A DNA stretch of 64,000 nt from assembly GCF_963921235.1 (NCBI RefSeq), contig NC_086108.1:72726001-72790000 (forward strand). Direction: 5' to 3'. The stretch is from Mobula hypostoma. Lineage: Eukaryota. A model generated the notes under the pieces. That model saw nothing but the letters and a program-made list of their open reading frames with translations. It ran no database searches and was not told where the DNA came from. Numbering within the stretch: the stretch's first letter is position 1; each line of letters begins with the position of its first letter. Of this stretch, positions 61,460 through 64,000 are shown one piece after another. Both the position numbers and the translations under genes were made by a program.

Positions 61460-63330
61460 TAAGAAGGGTATTTGGGGGTGGGAAACGAAAAAATATAGGC
61501 CAGTAAGCCTTAGACCAGTAGTAAGGAAATTATTGGAGAAGATTCTAAGGGATAGGAGCTACTCACAATTGAAATGCATAAACCCATTAGGTATAGTAAC
61601 ATGTGTTTTCATGGTGGGGTGGGTGATGGGAGCATTCATTTCTTACAAACTTGATTGTATTTTCTGAGGAGCTGACACAGAAGATTGGTGAGAGTAGGGC
61701 AGTGGACGTCAGCTACATGGCCTTTAGTAAAGCATCCAACAAGGTCCCTCATGATAGGCTGGTTCAAAAGATTAAGGTCAGTATGATCCATAGTGACAAA
61801 AGAGACTGCAGGTGCTGGAATCTAGAGTGAGAAACAAAATGGTGGAGGAACTCAATGGGCCAAGTGGCAACCATGCAGGGAAATGAATAGTTGATGTTTC
61901 AAGTTGAAACCCTTCATCAGGACTGAAATATAGATGGGAGATAGCCAGTAGGTGAGGCGAACAGGGGAGGGAGCAAGTGCCTGCAAGCCATAGATGAGTC
62001 AAGATGAAGAGGGGAGATAGGCAGATGGAGGAGGGCAGTGTGGAAATGGTGACAGGAACTGAGAGTGATAGGCGCAGGCACCAAACGACTAAAGATGATG
62101 GAATGTGATCGGACAGGGTAGTGGAGTATGGAATGGAGGTGGGGAGGGCAGGTGACGGTAAGGGAACCAGTGGGAGGAGTGTGTGGGCGCAGGACAAATA
62201 GAGTGGATGGAAGAGGGGGAAGCAACAGGGTAACTGGGGCTGTGGTGAATATAGGAAGGAACGGGTAGGTCAGGAGGGGAATGGGACAGGGAGGGAGCAG
62301 TTTAGTTGAAATCGAAGAATTTAATAGACCACGCCATCAGGTTGTCATCTACCCAAGTGGAATATAAGATGCTGTTCTCTAGGTTATGGTTAGCTTCGTC
62401 CTGGTAGTGGAGGAAACCAAGGAGAGAGATGTCAGTGGAAGAATGAGGAGGAGAACTAAAAGGGTTTGCAACTGGGAGCTCTGTCCACTGTGGATGTCTG
62501 GAGCTCCCAGTTGTAGATGGTGAGAATGGTTGTCAAACGACACAGATCGGTTGGATAAATGAGTGGAGAATTGGCAGATTCAGTTTATTCTAGTGAGGTG
62601 TGGGGGTTGCATTTCAGGTCAAATGTTAAAAGTAAAGCAGGACTCTTAGGAGCAGATGTGTGATTAGTGTTTAGGGTGCATGACAATAGCTTCCTGTAAA
62701 TTACCACACAAGCAGACAAGATGATAAGGAAGGTGTAAGGCATAATTACCTTTGTCAGTCAGCTCATTAAGAGTAAAAGCTGAGAAGCCATTTTGCAGGT
62801 GTGTAAAACTTCAGTGAGATTCCATTTGGCATATTGTGTGCATTTCTGATCACTGCATTACAGGAAGGATGTGGAGGCTTTGGAGAAAGTGCAACAAAGA
62901 TTCACCAGGGTGGTGCCTGGAATAGAGTATATTAACTACGTATAAAGAGAGCTTGCACAGACTTGGCTTGTTTTTTCATGAGTGTTGAAAACTGAAGGGT
63001 GACCTGGTATAAGTGTGTAAGACTACGAGAGGCAGAGATAGGGTAGATGTGTCAAATACCAGAGGGCATAGATTTAAATTGAGAGGAGTAAAGTTAAAAG
63101 GAGCTTTGCAAGGCAATGATTTTACACAGGGAGTGCTTGGTTCCTGGAGAAGACTGTCGGGGAGGTAGAAGAAGTAGATACAAACTCAATGTTTAAGGAG
63201 CATTTAGAGAATCACATGGAGAGTCAGGGGATGTGCAGATGGATGGGATTAATTTAAATTGGCAATATGGTCAGCGGAGAGAGATATGGTAAATTGAAGG
63301 GACTCTTCCAGTGCTGTACTGTTCTGAGTT
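61460..63330 (+). mobile_element. Old CR1 RT to 3' end with a nested minus-strand Penelope fragment (about 61795-62481; hammerhead-like motif at 61888-61925)
   Basis: YRPVSLRPVVRKLLEKILRD motif; pLTR similarity on the minus strand. Confidence 0.8.
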
Positions 63331-64000
63331 GATGTAGATTCTGCTCCTGCCTGTCACGTTTGTGGTGGTGATGGTTTTGAAGAGCCTTGCTGAGTCACCA
63401 AGTATGCTTTGTAGAAAGTATACATTACAGTTATGCTTCAGTGGTGGGGAGAGAATGGATGTTTAAGACGATGGTGGGATGTGAATAAATCAGGCTTCTT
63501 TCTTGTAGATTTTGTTGAGAATTGCTGAAGCAACTGGAAATATTTCATCACAGTCCTGACTTGTGCCTTCTATTTGGTCAAACAACTCTGAGAAGTCAGT
63601 GTGTGAGTCACAGCCTCTGACCTGCACCTCAGACCACAGTGTTTATGTGGCTAAACGCAATGAGGTACTTTGTATGCCAGGAGTGCCCTTCCTGAAATTA
63701 GATCCTGGCGCTCGGCAAAAAGCATAGACCTTAAACAGTTAAACAAATCTTCACTAGGGGATTGGAGTCAGATATTCAAAGGAATAAATCTTTATTGGAC
63801 CATGACTGGGAAGTTGGCTGATCACCTTTTACCAGGCATATCATCTTACTGACCCTTGCTGCTAATGTCTGCCACTACGATTTCCCCAACTGATCAGCTT
63901 CAACCAATCATCACTGCTGTTCTGTTCTTCTGATTATGTTGACAGGTATTAACCATCTCATTGATTGAATGCCTCATTCACCAGCCTATTGTCTAAATGG

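Noticed and set aside
3046-63852. The many short ORFs in the ORF track as genes
   Set aside because: They are retroelement fragments, antisense shadows of repeats or chance ORFs. Recurring peptides such as DAAWPAAFTSNFDVC simply translate the pLTR.

Overview
Repeat-rich vertebrate genomic DNA. The HE1/V-SINE, CR1 and Penelope content suggests a cartilaginous fish such as a ray (inference). The only host coding sequence I can support is two + strand exons (23136-23337 and 25114-25199) encoding the end of the RhoGAP/BH domain of a class IA PI3K regulatory subunit (p85 family, most likely a long PIK3R3 form). The rest is intron packed with nested retroelements (Penelope-like/Neptune, CR1, Rex-Babar, L1/Tx1, RTE, tRNA-SINEs, solo LTRs) and Tc1/mariner/pogo MITEs. 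Main highlights: (1) a young Penelope copy with a ~450-bp strand-specific A-to-G hypermutation tract that looks like ADAR editing fixed in the genome by retrotransposition; (2) a single LTR fused to a 34-nt copy of the tRNA-Leu 3' end and flanked by a 6-bp TSD, suggesting an integrated strong-stop cDNA that read through tRNA position 58; (3) about a dozen intact or decayed minimal hammerhead ribozyme motifs in Penelope termini, including tiny TSD-flanked and palindromic mini-insertions. Boundaries of old repeats are approximate and were judged by eye.
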